Shown one piece after another: positions 1 to 15,149 of a DNA stretch of 64,000 bases. Within the stretch, counting starts at the first letter, position 1, and every line of letters begins with the position of its first letter. Below the pieces are notes generated by a model. It searched no databases, was not told the DNA's origin, and worked only from the letters and a program-made list of their open reading frames with translations. Position numbers and translations under genes: made by a program. Source of the stretch: the human T2T-CHM13v2.0 reference genome, Homo sapiens; NCBI RefSeq assembly GCF_009914755.1, contig NC_060932.1; one strand, written 5' to 3'.

Positions 1-110
1 ACAACTCCACTCTCTACTTCCATGAGCTCAACGTTTTTTTAGCCCCCACATATGAATGAGGACATGCAGTATTTATCTTTCTGTGCCTGACTTATTTCAT
101 TTATGTAATC
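1..110 (-). mobile_element. L1 (L1M-type) 3' UTR fragment
   Basis: 'cccacatatgaatgaggacatgcagtatttatctttctgtgcctgacttatttca' is typical antisense L1 3' end sequence. Confidence 0.75.
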
Positions 111-617
111 TAATTTTAAAACAATTATTTGGGCTCTCCGGAATCAGTAATACAAAAAGAATACAGCAAAATGTGCTGTTTTCTTTTGCAGAAAAGAATT
201 ATAGTCTCTCTCTACGTTTTCCATTGGAATTAGCATAACAGTCCTCAAGGGTTTACCCACTGAGGGAGACACCAAGAGTCCCCTTTAAGCAGAGGGTAAT
301 TACATCCTGCTATTCAGCCCATTTACTGGAGGTTAACTCATTAGCACCCCGCCAACTCCGTTTTTAATCTAATCTATTTCTCTATCTCCTCCCCTAGACT
401 CACAATGCTGTGTGTCCTCTCTGTTGCACCTAAAACTCTTCATCAAGTAACCAGGCGAAGAGGTCTGTCTTCTCTTCCAGAAGCCCAAGATCCCTTTTCC
501 AAGGACTGTCTGGATGCCCCTGCCTTGAATCTGAGTTTTATCTTCTGCAGACCTGGGCTTAATTTGCTGCTCTGAAAAAGGACACAGGCTCTGTAGCCAG
601 ACAGATGTGGGTTTTGA

Positions 618-1008
<391 letters not shown>

Positions 1009-2068
1009 AGGAATGTTATTAACACCTAGATTCATCATTGGGAACATTTTCAAAAAATGTATTATTATTCCTTATTCCTTTCTCTTAGACAATTTTTTCT
1101 TTTTAAGCTGAGAGGTGTCAATAGGGCAACATTTCTGATTTATACATTGTTTTCTCCATGGAGTTGCATTTGGCAAAACTCCAGGTGCATGGAAACACAC
1201 AGGTGGGTCTTTGTGCCATCAGGCTGGGCTGCTCAGTGGGCCCAGCTGTTAGTCCACGTGTTTGCCTGTGGGTCAACAGAACAGGAAAGGCTCCTGGATT
1301 CTCTCTGTTGCTTTCCATCCACCTGGACTGCTCCACCTCCTATCCTCTCTGTCTCCTTGATTCAACTCGATGCTACCCTCATTTATCCAAGCAGAGAAAG
1401 GTGCTCCTTTCCTCTTTTAGTTTTCTCTCACCCTTCCTTCTTTTCACATCTATTTCTTACTGTTTCCTGCACAGTGCTTGTCTTTTCTCTGACATTGTAT
1501 GAGCAATTTCTTTGATACAATGGTAGTCTCCAATTATGCTACTGGGCAAGCCAGCCTAGAGGTTGTGGAACAGAAAGGCTCTCAGACCAACTTAAGTCAC
1601 TCATATCGCAAGTTTTATTGAATCAGCTGAAAATATCCAGTACTTTCAAGGGGAAAGATGTGAGAAAGGTTCACCCACTTAGCTTAAGGTGCAAGCAGGT
1701 GGCAGGACCACACGACCCGATCCTCAGTGACTCAGTGTTCATGTGACCGGTGTTCTCTTCTACATTGACCTTCCAAGCTCATGGGGTAGTTACTTTGGAA
1801 CAAGGAGGCTCTGCAGAGAAAACTGCCTGAAGCCAAAATGATCTTGCTCTACCAGAGAGATAAAGGGGCAAGTATGCCTGGCCAATAAAGAGCTTGCTAA
1901 ACAGCCATTGCTTTTCTCTGTGTTTCTAGACAAAGCTCATGTGGGGAGAGATGGGATTAATGTAGTTTCACCAATGATGGCTGATTCAGCAATAATGTGC
2001 CTGTCATATAGAGGTGGCATAATACACACGTTGTAACTTGGCCTGTTCATCTTTTTTCTGACTTTAAG

Positions 2069-2622
2069 TGTCAGAGGCATGTGAACCAGAGCAACTCCAT
2101 CTTAACTCGGAGCTGGGTAAAATGAGGCTGAGACCTACGGGGCTGCATTCCCAGTTGGTTAAGGTATCCTAAGTCCCAGGATGAGACAGAAGGTCAGCAT
2201 AAAATACAGGTCATAAAGATCTTGCTGATGAAACAGGTTGCAATACAGAAGCTGGCTAAAACCCACCAAAACCAAGATGGCCAAGAGAGTGACCTCTGGT
2301 CTTCCTCACTGCTACATTCCCACCAGCACCATGACAGTTTACAAATGCCATGGCAACATCAGGAAGTTAACCTTTATGGTCTAAAAAGGGGAGGCATGAA
2401 TAATCCACCCCTTTTTTAGCATATGATCAAGAAATAACCATAAAAATGGGCAGCCAGCAGCCCTCGGGGCTGCTCTACCTATGGATCAGCCACGCTTGTA
2501 TTCCTTTACTTTCTTAATAAATTTGCTTTCACTTTGCTCTATGGACTTGCCCTGAATTCTTTCTTGTGCAAGATCCAAGAACTCTCTCTTGGGGTCTGGA
2601 TTGGGACCCCTTTCCTGTAACG
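2069..2622 (+). mobile_element. MER41A solo LTR (ERV1)
   Basis: Starts tgtcagaggc...gaaccagagcaactccatctt and ends cccctttcctgtaac(g); 554 bp; 4-bp TSD taag at 2065-2068 and 2623-2626; AATAAA near 2516. Confidence 0.93.
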
Positions 2623-2649
2623 TAAGCAACATTTTTATTTGTTCTATTC

Positions 2650-3250
2650 TTTTTTAAGAATTGTGATATAACACACAGAACATAAACTTTACTGTGTTGA
2701 TGATGTTTGAGTATAATTCAGCGGCATTAAGCGCATTCACAATGTTGTGCAACCATTACCACTGTCCATTTTCAGAACTTTTGCATCACCCCAGACTAAA
2801 AACTGTGTGCATTAAACACTAACTCCCCACTCCCCTCCCCTTAGCCCCTAGTAATCTCGATTCTACTTTCTGTCTCTATGAATTTGCCTATTCTGGATAC
2901 CTCATATAAGCAAAATCATACAGGATTTGTCCTTTTGTGTCTGGCTTATTTCAATACTTGGCATAATGTTTTCAAGTTCACCCATGTTGTAGCATGTATC
3001 AAAATTTTATTCCATTTTAGGGTTGAGTAATATTCCATCATTTGTGTATACCATATATTTTTTAATTCACTCATTTGTTGATGAACATTTGAGTGGTTTC
3101 TTTCTTTTGGCTATTGTGAGTGATGCTGCTACAAACATGGATGTTCAGGTATCTGTTTGAGTCTCTGCTTTCATTTCTTTGAGAGTATATACCTAGAAGT
3201 GGAATTGCTGGGTCCTATGGTAATTCTGCTTAAATTTTTGAGAGACCACC
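2650..3250 (-). mobile_element. L1MB-type 3' end fragment
   Basis: Antisense L1 3' UTR motifs (cacaatgttgtgcaaccattacc, ctgtctctatgaatttgcctattctgga, atacctagaagtggaattgctgg). Confidence 0.85.
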
Positions 3251-3750
3251 GGTTTCATCCTTTTTTAAAATCAGTGTTCAATATTCACATATTCTGTTTA
3301 TTTCTATGGCTAACATTAGTTTTTCTTATTTTTTTATAGCAAAATTAAGTATTCCTAAATATTGCAGCCAATTCACCTTACAACCCCTTCCCATATTATC
3401 TACCCAGCAGGCACTGTAAGGTCTGTTCTTGGATACTGACAAACATTCTGCAATCCTCAGTCCACAGCTGTACACCAAATATTTGGAACAGAGATCAGTT
3501 AACTGATTAATTACTATGACTTTGTGCTCGGGGAACATGCCAAGCACCAATCCCCCACCTTCCCCACCCTGCCTGTGTCTCTGTTCCCTTTGTGTCCCCT
3601 ACATTCTTTCAAATACCTGCAAATCCACCTTCTCTACCACGCATCAATGTTGCTGGCTTCCATTTCTTATTGATTTTGTATGACTTTGAGGTTTCCTGCC
3701 TGGGTACCCAGGACCATGACTCTCTCTCTGGAGATACCCATCCTGACTGA

Positions 3751-4174
<424 letters not shown>

Positions 4175-4668
4175 CTTTGCAGGAACTTCTAACACGACTT
4201 GCTGCTTCCGCACAATGGAGGTACACAAGTCAGTCACACAGAAACATGCTTATGTATGTAGCTGGCTCTTTGGAGCAAACCTAAGCTAAAGGATATATAC
4301 TTCCTGGCCTAAGGCATAAGCACCACATACATTTTTTTTCCCTTTCAGAAGCAATATTTTTATTTTTTGGAATGAACTGTGGTTACAGCATATTGTCGTC
4401 TAGACTATTAGGTCAGGCAAAGATTTTTTTCCTTCCTCTGTTTTATACATGTGAATAAAGATGGAATAAACAAAGCATGCTGTTAGGTATTTTGTGCCCA
4501 TGTTAGCGTAGGCAATTCTAGAACAGATTTTTTTTTTCTAGGATGTTTGAAGATATAATGTAACTTCTCTATCATTGGTTTGAGGTGAAAGACAGAGGTT
4601 TTTAGCAGTGCCTTCACAGTGTTTGGGCTGTGTAAAACACAGAAATAGAAATAAAAATGACCAGGATC

Positions 4669-5068
<400 letters not shown>

Positions 5069-5138
5069 CTAAAAATACAGATTTCCCCTTACTTTTGAGA
5101 GTTCCTATTCCTGTGCCTTTTTTTTCTCTTTATTTTTT

Positions 5139-5139
5139 C

Positions 5140-5186
<47 letters not shown>
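5139..5186. repeat. (TTTC)n microsatellite
   Basis: Tandem ctttctttcttt... visible directly. Confidence 0.95.
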
Positions 5187-5992
5187 AATAATTGACTGAA
5201 GAATCAAGAAAAATGCTGGAGATGGGCTTAAACATTCCCTACTGGACAGTTCTGGCTAAGGCCTTCTCTGTGTATAAAGTTCCCCAAGACCTTACATTGC
5301 AGAAGATGAAGAGTGTGTATGTATGTGTGTGTGTAATTTTTTTTTCTTCTTGAAACACCCATTTCCAACCTCTCCCTCTATCCCTGGATTCATTTTTGTA
5401 AAAAACAAAACAAAAAACAAAGCCCTCCTAGTTCCTTCTCCACCCCTGGCAATTCAAAGGAGTTTTCTCCTTCCCCCTTTCTGTGAGTGTTACTTATGTT
5501 ATTGTTCATTCATCGCAGAATGTACTCAAATTTAATGCTCACAAAATTTAGGGACCAATTTCCTTCCGCCTCCAGTCTGAGTTGCTCACTTTTCAGTGAG
5601 TCTTTCTCACTAAAGGAGGTTATCAGCAGTCACTGGGTGGTGATTGATAGGCAGGAACAGGAAAGATCAGGGGGCACCCCCAGGACTGGAGCATGTTGCA
5701 TTTCACTGTGATTATTGTGGATGAGAAAGGCAGTTGCTCAAAGTAGGCCAAGGGAAGAAGTGCCTGGTATCCCACCCTGCCAATGTCCTCAAGGTCAGCT
5801 TAGGCCTACAGTCAGGAAGGCTCATCCAGTGTTTATCCCGCTCCCTGCTGTACTCCTCCTATAAGTCAAGTTCTGTTTTGAGAGAAGTCCAAGGGCAGTT
5901 GTTGCCAAGAGAATTAAAATGGAAAGAGAGTTGACAGAAACATATGCCACATATGCTACATGCTGAATTTTATGAGGGGTTTCCTACCTACA

Positions 5993-6100
5993 TGTCTTAG
6001 TCCATTTTGTGCTGCTGTAAAAGAATACCAGAGACTTGGTCATTTACAATGTACAGAAATTTATTTGGCTCACGGTTCTGGAGGCTGGGAAGTCCAAGAC
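5993..6100 (-). mobile_element. MaLR LTR fragment (MST/MLT1A-like)
   Basis: tgtcttagtccattttgtgctgctg...aaatttatttggctcacggttctggaggctgggaagtccaaga is the MaLR LTR terminus in antisense. Confidence 0.8.
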
Positions 6101-6141
6101 TGTGGACTAGACAACAAAAAACCCTCAGTAAATGGGAACTC

Positions 6142-6515
6142 ATATTAGTCTACTAGGGCTGCCGTTGTGAAGTGCCACAGACTGTGTGGCTTAAACAACA
6201 AAAATTTATTTTCTCACAGTCCTGGAGGCTAGAAGTCCAAGATCAAGATGTCACAGGATTGGTTTCTTCTGAGTCCCCTCTCCTTGGCTTACACAAGGCT
6301 GTCTTCTCTCTGGTCTTCTGTCTGTGTCTGTCTTCTGTCTGTGTCTGTGTCCTAATCTTCTCTTCTTATAAGGACATCAGTCATATTGGATTAAAGCTCA
6401 TCCTGATGACTTCTTTTTAACTTAATTACCTCTTTAAAGACTTTATCTCCAAACACATCACATTCTGAAATACCAGGAGTTAGGACCTCTATATATGAAT
6501 TTGGAGAGGACATAA
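6142..6515 (-). mobile_element. MLT1B/C-type MaLR LTR
   Basis: ggcttaaacaacaaaaatttattttctcacagt...tcttataaggacatcagtcatattggatta...cacattctga...atatgaattt. Confidence 0.85.
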
Positions 6516-6619
6516 CGGAACTTTTGCTATTTTCCCAGAAAGAGGCTTGAACTTGGCAGCAATGAAGGCAGTTCTGTGCAGTAGAGAGAGTAAGCCAAGG
6601 CTGAAAAGAGCTTGACTAC

Positions 6620-6815
6620 ATGTTCTAGAGTCAGCCAAGGCTGGGTTTGGACCCTAGCTCTGACCTTTCCAGCTATGTGGCCTTAGGTCAGTTACTTAAT
6701 GTCTCTGATCTCCAGTTTTCTCTGCCTTGAAATGGGGACAAAATAGGCCACCTGAGGGTAAGCCTGAGGATTCAATGAGATGATATAAAACAGTCTAGCA
6801 TGGTGTCTGGCTCAA
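6620..6815 (+). mobile_element. MIR SINE
   Basis: MIR core: agctatgtggccttaggtcagttacttaat...gaaatgggga...gaggattcaatgagatgat. Confidence 0.8.
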
Positions 6816-8689
6816 TACCCAATTTTCTTACCTTGACTCTGGCTCAGGAATGTGTCTTCACTTCTCTGAGGTCTCCAAGGACTTACCTGTTCAGGGGTCA
6901 GACAGATGCATCTATTTCTGATAAGGTGAGCAACTGTCTCCTGGGTCAATGTCTTGTGCCCATCTCACGACATCTTTGAATCACTAGGGAAGATCTCAGT
7001 CTCCTGGGGCCCTCATCTCTTCTAGATTCCTGCAGGCACAGCTGAGCCAGCTTCCTGCTTGTTCTCACCCCTCCCAAACCTTCTCCACAGCAGCAGCTCC
7101 TTACCCTGCTGAGCTTGGGGTTGAGGGAGGACTAGGGGCCTCCATCCGCCAGAGGTACATGCCCCAAGACAAGCAGAGGATGGGGCAGAGATCTGGTGAG
7201 GATGCAAGAGAGGCTGAAGCCTGAAATAGTAGCCCTCCAGCCTTGAATTGGGGCTGAGGCAAATGCCACTTGCACTAGCTGTTGGATTCTAGTGATTAGC
7301 AATTCCCCAGGCTGGGTAAGGTGACCTGTTTATTTGTCAGGAGAGTCAGAAAAAATTGCTAAGAGCAGTTGAAGAAGGTGGGGAAGAAGAGGGAGAGTGC
7401 CAGGTTAGTTGGAAGAACGTGACCCTCCTTTGCTGTAGAAGGCAGTGTGTGGAGGACGTCCCCGGAGCTTCTCTCTCTAAAGGAGGATGCAGAGCTGCTG
7501 GAATCGGTGCACCAAGTGCCATCCACACATCTCCCCCATGGCTCTGTGCTGCTGAGAGTGGGGGCTTCCTTGAGGTCCAGGGCCCTGAGGGGCAGCGGCA
7601 TCTGGGGCACTTTGGGCAGCAACACCTTCTGAGAGAAGAATGATGGGGGAGTGGAGAAGAGCCAGCCAGGCAAAGGGCAGCTGCACGTGTTTGACCCGGC
7701 ACTGCCTGGGGTAAGCTGCCCTGCTGGTGGCCGTATTCTCCCTGGCTTCCCTGTCTTGCCTTTTCCTGCCCTTTAATGGCTGGTTTCCACCTTCTCCAGA
7801 AGGTGCACAAAGAGGAAGAGGTGACAGAGAAGCAAGTCCATTTTGCTTGGCAGAGGCAGCTGTGTTAGAACTGTTTGGGTGTTGTGCACTCAGAAGCACC
7901 CCTTCTTCCCGATACAACAGGACATAGACAAAGGGTAAGTCATCATTGGCCATTCCATAGCCCAATTGTCTGCAGGAAGCTTTGCCAGGGAGTGGGGAAG
8001 GGAATGTGGGATTGGAAGTAAGCTTCCCAGCCTTCCACCGCTTTTCCTTGAAGGCACTTAGCCCCACTGCCCCTCAGCCAAGCCTGGCTGAGTGCCTGGA
8101 GCTCTTTCCCCCCCAGCTGCTAAGCCCTGCATGGGTCTGGTAGCCTTACACTGGGTCTGCCCAGGCAGGGCCCAGGCCTGACCTTTCACCATGATTTTCT
8201 AATTTCTGCTCCATCCCCTCTGGGCCTGGGTTCTTGCTGCCTGTATCTTATTTCCTTGGCTGGGTCTGGTGGTCAGGACTTTCCTCGGGGGGGACTAAAT
8301 CCCACCTCCTAAATAAGGGGGGCTGAACCACCAGCTTCTGTACCCCCAGAGTGACACCCAGTGTTGGAGTTGCTTACACTGACCACTGACCACTGGGATT
8401 TGCATTTCCTGCCCTTCCTTCCCTCTCCCTCCACCCAGTGACCAGCTAATCCAAACCAGGTTAATCCCTCCAGGCCACCAACCTACCCCTGTGAAGTTCA
8501 GCATGCTTCCTGGCTGAGCCACAGCCTTACCACCTGAGAGAGTGACTGCGTGGAGAAGCATACATATTGGTGGACTTCAGATTGACAGCGGCCTGTCCCA
8601 GAGCCATCTGTGATTCCTCCTTCCTCTTCTTTGGCCCCCTCCCTTGCAGCTGGCATGTCTGTCTACTGGCTCTGAGTCTAGGCTTTCAC

Positions 8690-8990
8690 TACCTCTTACC
8701 TGGAATACCACACCAGCCTCCAAACCAGCCCTCTTGCCCCCAGTTTCACAACTCCAATTCTATTTCCTGATTGCAAATGTTTTAGGACTCTCCATTGCCT
8801 CCCACATTCATGGGATCTACAGTGGGACCTTGACCTCCCTTCCTAACATCTCCCACCCCTCATCTGGAATCACCCCTTGCTCAGCTCCCTTGAACCACCT
8901 GTCTTCCTGGCTGCATTCTCTGCTCTATCTCCTGAATGCTTTGGTTCACACTGTTTTCTCTGCCCCAGTTGCCCTTTTCCTGGGCCTCTT
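8690..8990 (+). mobile_element. Degraded L2 fragment
   Basis: Pyrimidine-rich sequence resembling sense L2 3' region (actctccattgcct, ctttggttcacactgttttctctgcc). Confidence 0.45.
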
Positions 8991-9454
8991 GGGATACTTC
9001 AAGGAAGATTTTGCCCAGCTTGGAGCATGCATGTGCGAATCTGCCCTCAATGTTATCTCCAGCATGCTCCCCGGAAGCCTTATGCAAATCCTGGATCTGC
9101 TTGAGAATTGCCCCACGTCTCAATGATGCAAAACAAAAGTAAGAACCCATCTCAAGAGAGACTTCGAACTTCACTTCTGAATCAATTGGAAATTTGGACA
9201 AAACTTCTTTTCCACATTATGTCTTTCTCTTTCACTTTCAGTTCAAGGAGACTCACTGACTTTTCTTAAAGGATGTGACTCTCCTTACTGGGCAAATGAT
9301 AAGTTTGTGTCTGTAATTGAGACTGCACTGGTTATCTTTGTTCCGTGACATGACCACATTCTATATTTTCTTGATATTCCAGCCAAGGAGTTGCTTTTGA
9401 ATGTTTTCAGCGTTCCATCTGTTCTCTTGCAGTGATCCCTCATCTTCTTTTATA

Positions 9455-10035
9455 CATTCATTTAACAAATACTCAGACATTATTTTTTGTTTTTGTTTCT
9501 TTGAGACAGGGTCTCACTCTGTCACCCAGGCTAGAGTGCAGTGGTGGTGTGCTTATAGCTCATAGCTCATTGCAGCTTCGAATTCCTGTGCTCAAGCCAT
9601 CCTCCCACTTCAGCCTTCTGAGTAGCTAGGACTACCAACAAGCACCATCATACTCAGCTAATTTCTTTTTTTTATAGAGATGGGGTCTTGCTATGTTGCC
9701 CAGGCTAGTCTCAAATTCCTTGGCTCAAGTGAACCTTCTGTCTCAGACTCCCAAAGTGCTGGGGTTATAAACATGAGCCACCACACCTGGCTGAGCCATT
9801 GTTATTCCACTAGGCTCTGTTATTTGCACTGGGTTGTGGTATTGAGCAAAGCAAACAAATATAGACACAAATCCCTGACCTCATGGAGCTTACATCATCT
9901 ATGGGTAGAGACAGACAATCCACAACACAAGAAGTTATACACATGGTGTGTTAGATGGTGACAGGCTGGGAACGAAGTGGAACAGGGGTAGGGAGTGTGG
10001 GAAAATGCTTCCAGTTTTGAATAGGAAGGTCTCGG
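9455..10035 (-). mobile_element. L2 3' end, interrupted by an Alu
   Basis: cattcatttaacaaatact...agacacaaatccctgacctcatggagcttaca is the L2 3' terminus in antisense. Confidence 0.75.
9481..9792 (-). mobile_element. AluJ
   Basis: gagacagggtctcactctgtcacccagg...gctcaagccatcctcccac; AluJ-type motifs. Confidence 0.92.
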
Positions 10036-10413
10036 GAGCTTAACCTAAGCCAGTTTGGGTATGTGTAATTCTTAAGCTGTTTTTAGTAAATAGTAGTAGA
10101 CACTAAGGAGTTTGAGGTAGGTGAGATCATGAGCCACTCAGCCATAATGCCACCATCGGGGAATAATCAAAGCACATCTCAAATGGAATTCTGCTTCTGT
10201 ATTTATTAACCAAATGATTATTAGTAAAGCAGACCACAAATTGTTAATACAACCTGTTCTGAATTCTCATCACTCTCTACATTTCTGAGGTTCTGGCCTT
10301 GTAATTGGGATCAGGTAGTCACACATTCTTTCAAACCAACAGATGGACACAGGGCGGATTAGGCCTCAAGTCTCTCCTGATGAATACAGGTTATAAGCCT
10401 TGTGTAATTCTTA

Positions 10414-10827
<414 letters not shown>

Positions 10828-11129
10828 TTAACTTTCACCGCATTATTTAGCATATTGCTAGTTTCGCCAATAAAGACATTTAAAAAAAATTTAATGTGTT
10901 AATTAGCAAAGTATTGGTTGTTGCTTGAGATGCAGATGATAGAAACTTCAGATTTAGCAGCTTTTGGAGGGTGGTCTTTTGAGGGCCAGCTGAACTGTGA
11001 TTTCTCGATTGCATGTTGGCTGACCGGCTCTAGAATTAAAGCTTCAGTGAGCTGGCACATACATAATGTCCTACTGATTGTACTGAAGTATTTTAAAGTA
11101 AATTACAAATATTATAAAGGTGGTTGGGG

Positions 11130-12410
11130 AAGACTGGAAGGTGGTGGAGGAGTGAGTCCTGCATCCTTTGGGAAGCATGCTGGGCTGAGGGGACCATGTG
11201 TGCAATGGTCAGCTCAGCAGGAGTGTGCCTGGCCTGTCTGAACAACAGCAAGGAGGCCAAAGTAGCTGGTGCTGAGTCCAGGAGGGAGAGAAGGGGAGTA
11301 TGTGGTGCCAGAGAGGCGGTAGGGACCAGATCACCTGGGGCTTCATTGGCCGTTGGGTGATGGAAGCCTTTGGAGAGTTTTGCACGGAAGAGTGACATGA
11401 GCTGGATTGGATTTTCCAGGATCAATCAGGCCACCATGTTAAGAATTGACTGTAGGGGACAAAGGCCAAAGTGGGAAAGCCAGTTGGGAGCCTGCTGAAA
11501 CAGTCCAGGTGAGACTAGCCAGGTCTGCAGATAAGTTGCAGGTAGAGTGACAGAATTTGGCGATGGATGGGGGTGAGGTCTTAAGAGTAAAAAAGAACCA
11601 AAAGCTAACTTAAGATGTCTGAGCTGAGCAGCCAGAAGATGGGAGCTGCAATTCACTGACACAAGGAAGACTGCTGGAGAAGAGGTGTTGGGGAGGGTAG
11701 GGGAGGGTCAGGAATTCAGCTGAACAAGCTTGAGAGGTGGAGTGGTCACGTGGAGTGTACAGTTGCACATAGGAGCTTTAGGTTCAAGAGAGGAGAATAG
11801 GCAGGGGTCGTAAATTTGGGGATAATCCACATAGAGATAACACTTAATGTCATGTATCTGCATGTGATAACCAAGACAGTGAGTGCAGATGGAAGAGAGA
11901 AAAGAGCTGGGTATAGTGGCGCACACCTGTAGTCCCAGTTACTCAGGAGGCTGAGGTGGGAAGATCACTTGAGTCCCGGAGGTCCAGGCTACAGTGAACT
12001 ATGATGGTGCTGCAGCACTCCAGCCAGGGCAATGCAGTGAGACCCTTGTCTCTAAAAAAAATAGATAGGGAAAAGACCCCAGGATCAAGCTCTGAAACTC
12101 TCTAACATTAGGAGTTTAGGGAGATGAGGGAGAGTTAGAAAGAAGTCTGAGAAGCCACTGATGAGAGCAGATGGGAAAGAACGCCAGAGGAGCAAGTGAC
12201 CAGGCAGAGGAGGGATCAACTGTGGAAGAGGAGGACCGACGTCTGACCACTGGGTTAAAAAATGTGGAGGTCACCAGTGCCCTTGGAGAGAAGTAGTGCA
12301 GATAAACAGTTGGGGTGGACTCAAGAAAGATGGGAGAAGCAGAGTTGGAGACAGTGATTATAAACCACTCTTCTGTTCAGTATTGCTGAAAATGGCAAGA
12401 GAAAAATGGG
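11130..12410 (-). mobile_element. L2a LINE fragment, interrupted by an Alu monomer
   Basis: Typical antisense L2 motifs (gaacaacagcaaggaggcca, tggaagcctttggagagtttt, gagctgcaattcactgac, taaatttggggataatc). Confidence 0.85.
11905..12060 (+). mobile_element. Free Alu monomer (FRAM-like)
   Basis: Single arm: cctgtagtcccag...cactccagccagggcaa...gagaccc plus A-tail. Confidence 0.85.
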
Positions 12411-12864
12411 AGGTAAGTCCTTGAGTTTCCAGTGCTATTTGCATGAAGTCATTCCTGTATTTCTTGATCGTTTCCTACAGGCTAGGGATGGGTGCCAGAT
12501 GAACAAGGCCTAGCCACTCCCCAGCAGAGGAAATTCTTCTGCAAACAATGATAATTCCGAGTGGCAGGTATTCTAATACAGGATTGTACTAAGTTCTGTG
12601 GGAGCATGAAGAGGCAGAGACAAACTTTGTGGAAGCCCAGGGAAGTGGCATTTGAGTTGGTTGTAAAGGAAGGGTGGTGGCTGCCAGGTAGAGTAAGGGA
12701 AGAAAGTTGTTCTCAGTGGAAGAAAGAGAGTGTGTCCAGGCACAAAATGGGGGATGTCTGGAATTCATGCAGTGGAGGGAGGTGGGGGCTGAGGCTGTTA
12801 AGGTTGTAGACTTGTGTGGAAATTGAACTTTTATCCCAGAGACCACAGGAAATGCTGGGAGTCT

Positions 12865-13585
<721 letters not shown>

Positions 13586-13950
13586 GAAAGAGTGTCGGGA
13601 TCTAAACTGTATTTGGGGAAGATACTTCTGGGGTCTTAGGGTTAGAGACTAGAGGCAGAGAGACCAGTAGGGGGTTTTTGCCATGGTTTCGGCAAGAAAC
13701 GGGGGGCCAAGATGAGGGCAGTGGCTGAGAGGAAGTTCAGGAGGGGAAGGATGTGGTGGGAGCCACAGGGCTCAGTGACTGCTGGAGATGGGGACTAGCG
13801 GAGGGCAGGCCTGGGTAACTCACAGGTTTCTGGCTGGAACTGAGCAGATATATTGATGAGTCTTTTCATCCTCATAGTACTTACCACGTAATAGGTTCCT
13901 GAAAAATAGGCCTTGCTTGTTTGCACTTAAATATGAAAATATGAAAAACC

Positions 13951-13952
<2 letters not shown>

Positions 13953-13997
<45 letters not shown>

Positions 13998-14057
13998 GAA
14001 AAGAGAAAAGGTCTTAGTCTTTCGCCCAGACTGGAGTGCAGTGGCGATTATAGCTCA
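13953..14057 (-). mobile_element. Heavily 5'-truncated Alu with (TA)n/T-rich tail
   Basis: (ta)n and T-run, then ttcgcccagactggagtgcagtggcgattatagctca; aaaaaccta on both sides (13944-13952, 14058-14066). Confidence 0.75.
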
Positions 14058-14072
14058 AAAAACCTATAAGTG

Positions 14073-14395
14073 GGCCGGGTGTGGTGGCTCACACCTGGAG
14101 TTCCAACACTTTGGAAGGTCGAAATGGGAGGTTTGCTTGAGCTCAGGAGTTTGAGACCAGCCTAGGCAACATGGTGAGACCCGTCTCTACAAAAAATTAA
14201 AAAATTAGCCAGGTGTGGGGGTGCATGCCTGTAGTCTCAGCTGCTCAGGAGGCTGAGGTGGGAGGATCTCTGGAGCCTAGGAGTTTGAGGCTTCAGTGAG
14301 CTATGATCACACCACTGCACTCTAGTCTGGGCAGCCGAGGGAGAACTTGTCTCTAAATAAACAGAAAAAAGAAAAAGTAAAATAAAAAAAATTTA
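14073..14395 (+). mobile_element. AluJ
   Basis: ggccgggtgtggtggctcacacc dimer; tataagtg flanks both ends. Confidence 0.93.
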
Positions 14396-14714
14396 TATAA
14401 GTGAATTCTGAAATCAGTTTGCAAGAAATCAAGAGCCCAGCACACAGAATGCCCAAGTTTACAGAGACTCGCAGGGGGTCTGTGTACCTGGCAAGCTCAA
14501 GAGGACTTCCATGGAGCTGGACACTCACCATCTCCCTGAGGAGCAAAGATAACCACGAGGAATAACCAGAGCAGTACTGTGTGACAGCGTTGACAATCTG
14601 TGATGTCCTGTGTGCTGCAGATGGAAGTACACTGGGAGTCTGGAGAAGAGAAAGACCAGATGAGACTTCCAGGTAGGCCCTGAAGGGCAGGTAGGATGAG
14701 GACAGGTGTGAATG

Positions 14715-14875
14715 TTTCTTATGCCTTTGCTATCTGCCAGCAGCTGTTCTAAGTGATACCCGAACCCAGTTGATCCTCACCACAGATCTATGACGGGGAC
14801 CATGCGATTGCTCCCAATTTACAGATGAGGACAGTGAGGAACGCACAGCTTAGGTCACTCCCTGAGGTTCTCTGG
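14715..14875 (-). mobile_element. MIR SINE
   Basis: gatcctcaccacag...cccaatttacagatgaggacagtgagg is the antisense MIR core. Confidence 0.75.
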
Positions 14876-15149
14876 TAGGAGCTTGCAGGTGGTAAGCTCA
14901 GGTGGGCTCACCCCAGAGACTCTTGAAACCTCCACAGTGCTCACTGATGTGCACAGGTGGAAGGGCCGTGGATAGCCCTTCAGAGACGCAGCAAGCCTCT
15001 GTGACCGGCCCAGGGGTGAGCAGGAGGTGAGCTCTGATAGGCTGTTGGGGAGATGGCCTTCACAGGCAGTTCTTTGTACCCAGAGACAGTTGGTTACCCA
15101 GGGGAAATCCTTCCTGACCATGGAAATCCCGGGGAGGAGGAGAAGGGAA

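Noticed and set aside
1057-1515. 152-aa hydrophobic ORF
   Set aside because: The Phe/Leu/Ser bias is explained by T/C-rich sequence; no recognisable homology or exon structure.
7346-8067. Overlapping 104-196 aa ORFs, including the longest in the window, with a possible minus-strand acceptor near 7630
   Set aside because: ORFs are open in several frames on both strands, as expected in GC-rich sequence; there is no recognisable domain or matching donor.
8644-9126. 160-aa ORF
   Set aside because: Non-ATG start, Leu/Ser/Pro-rich composition and overlap with a pyrimidine-rich L2-like relic.
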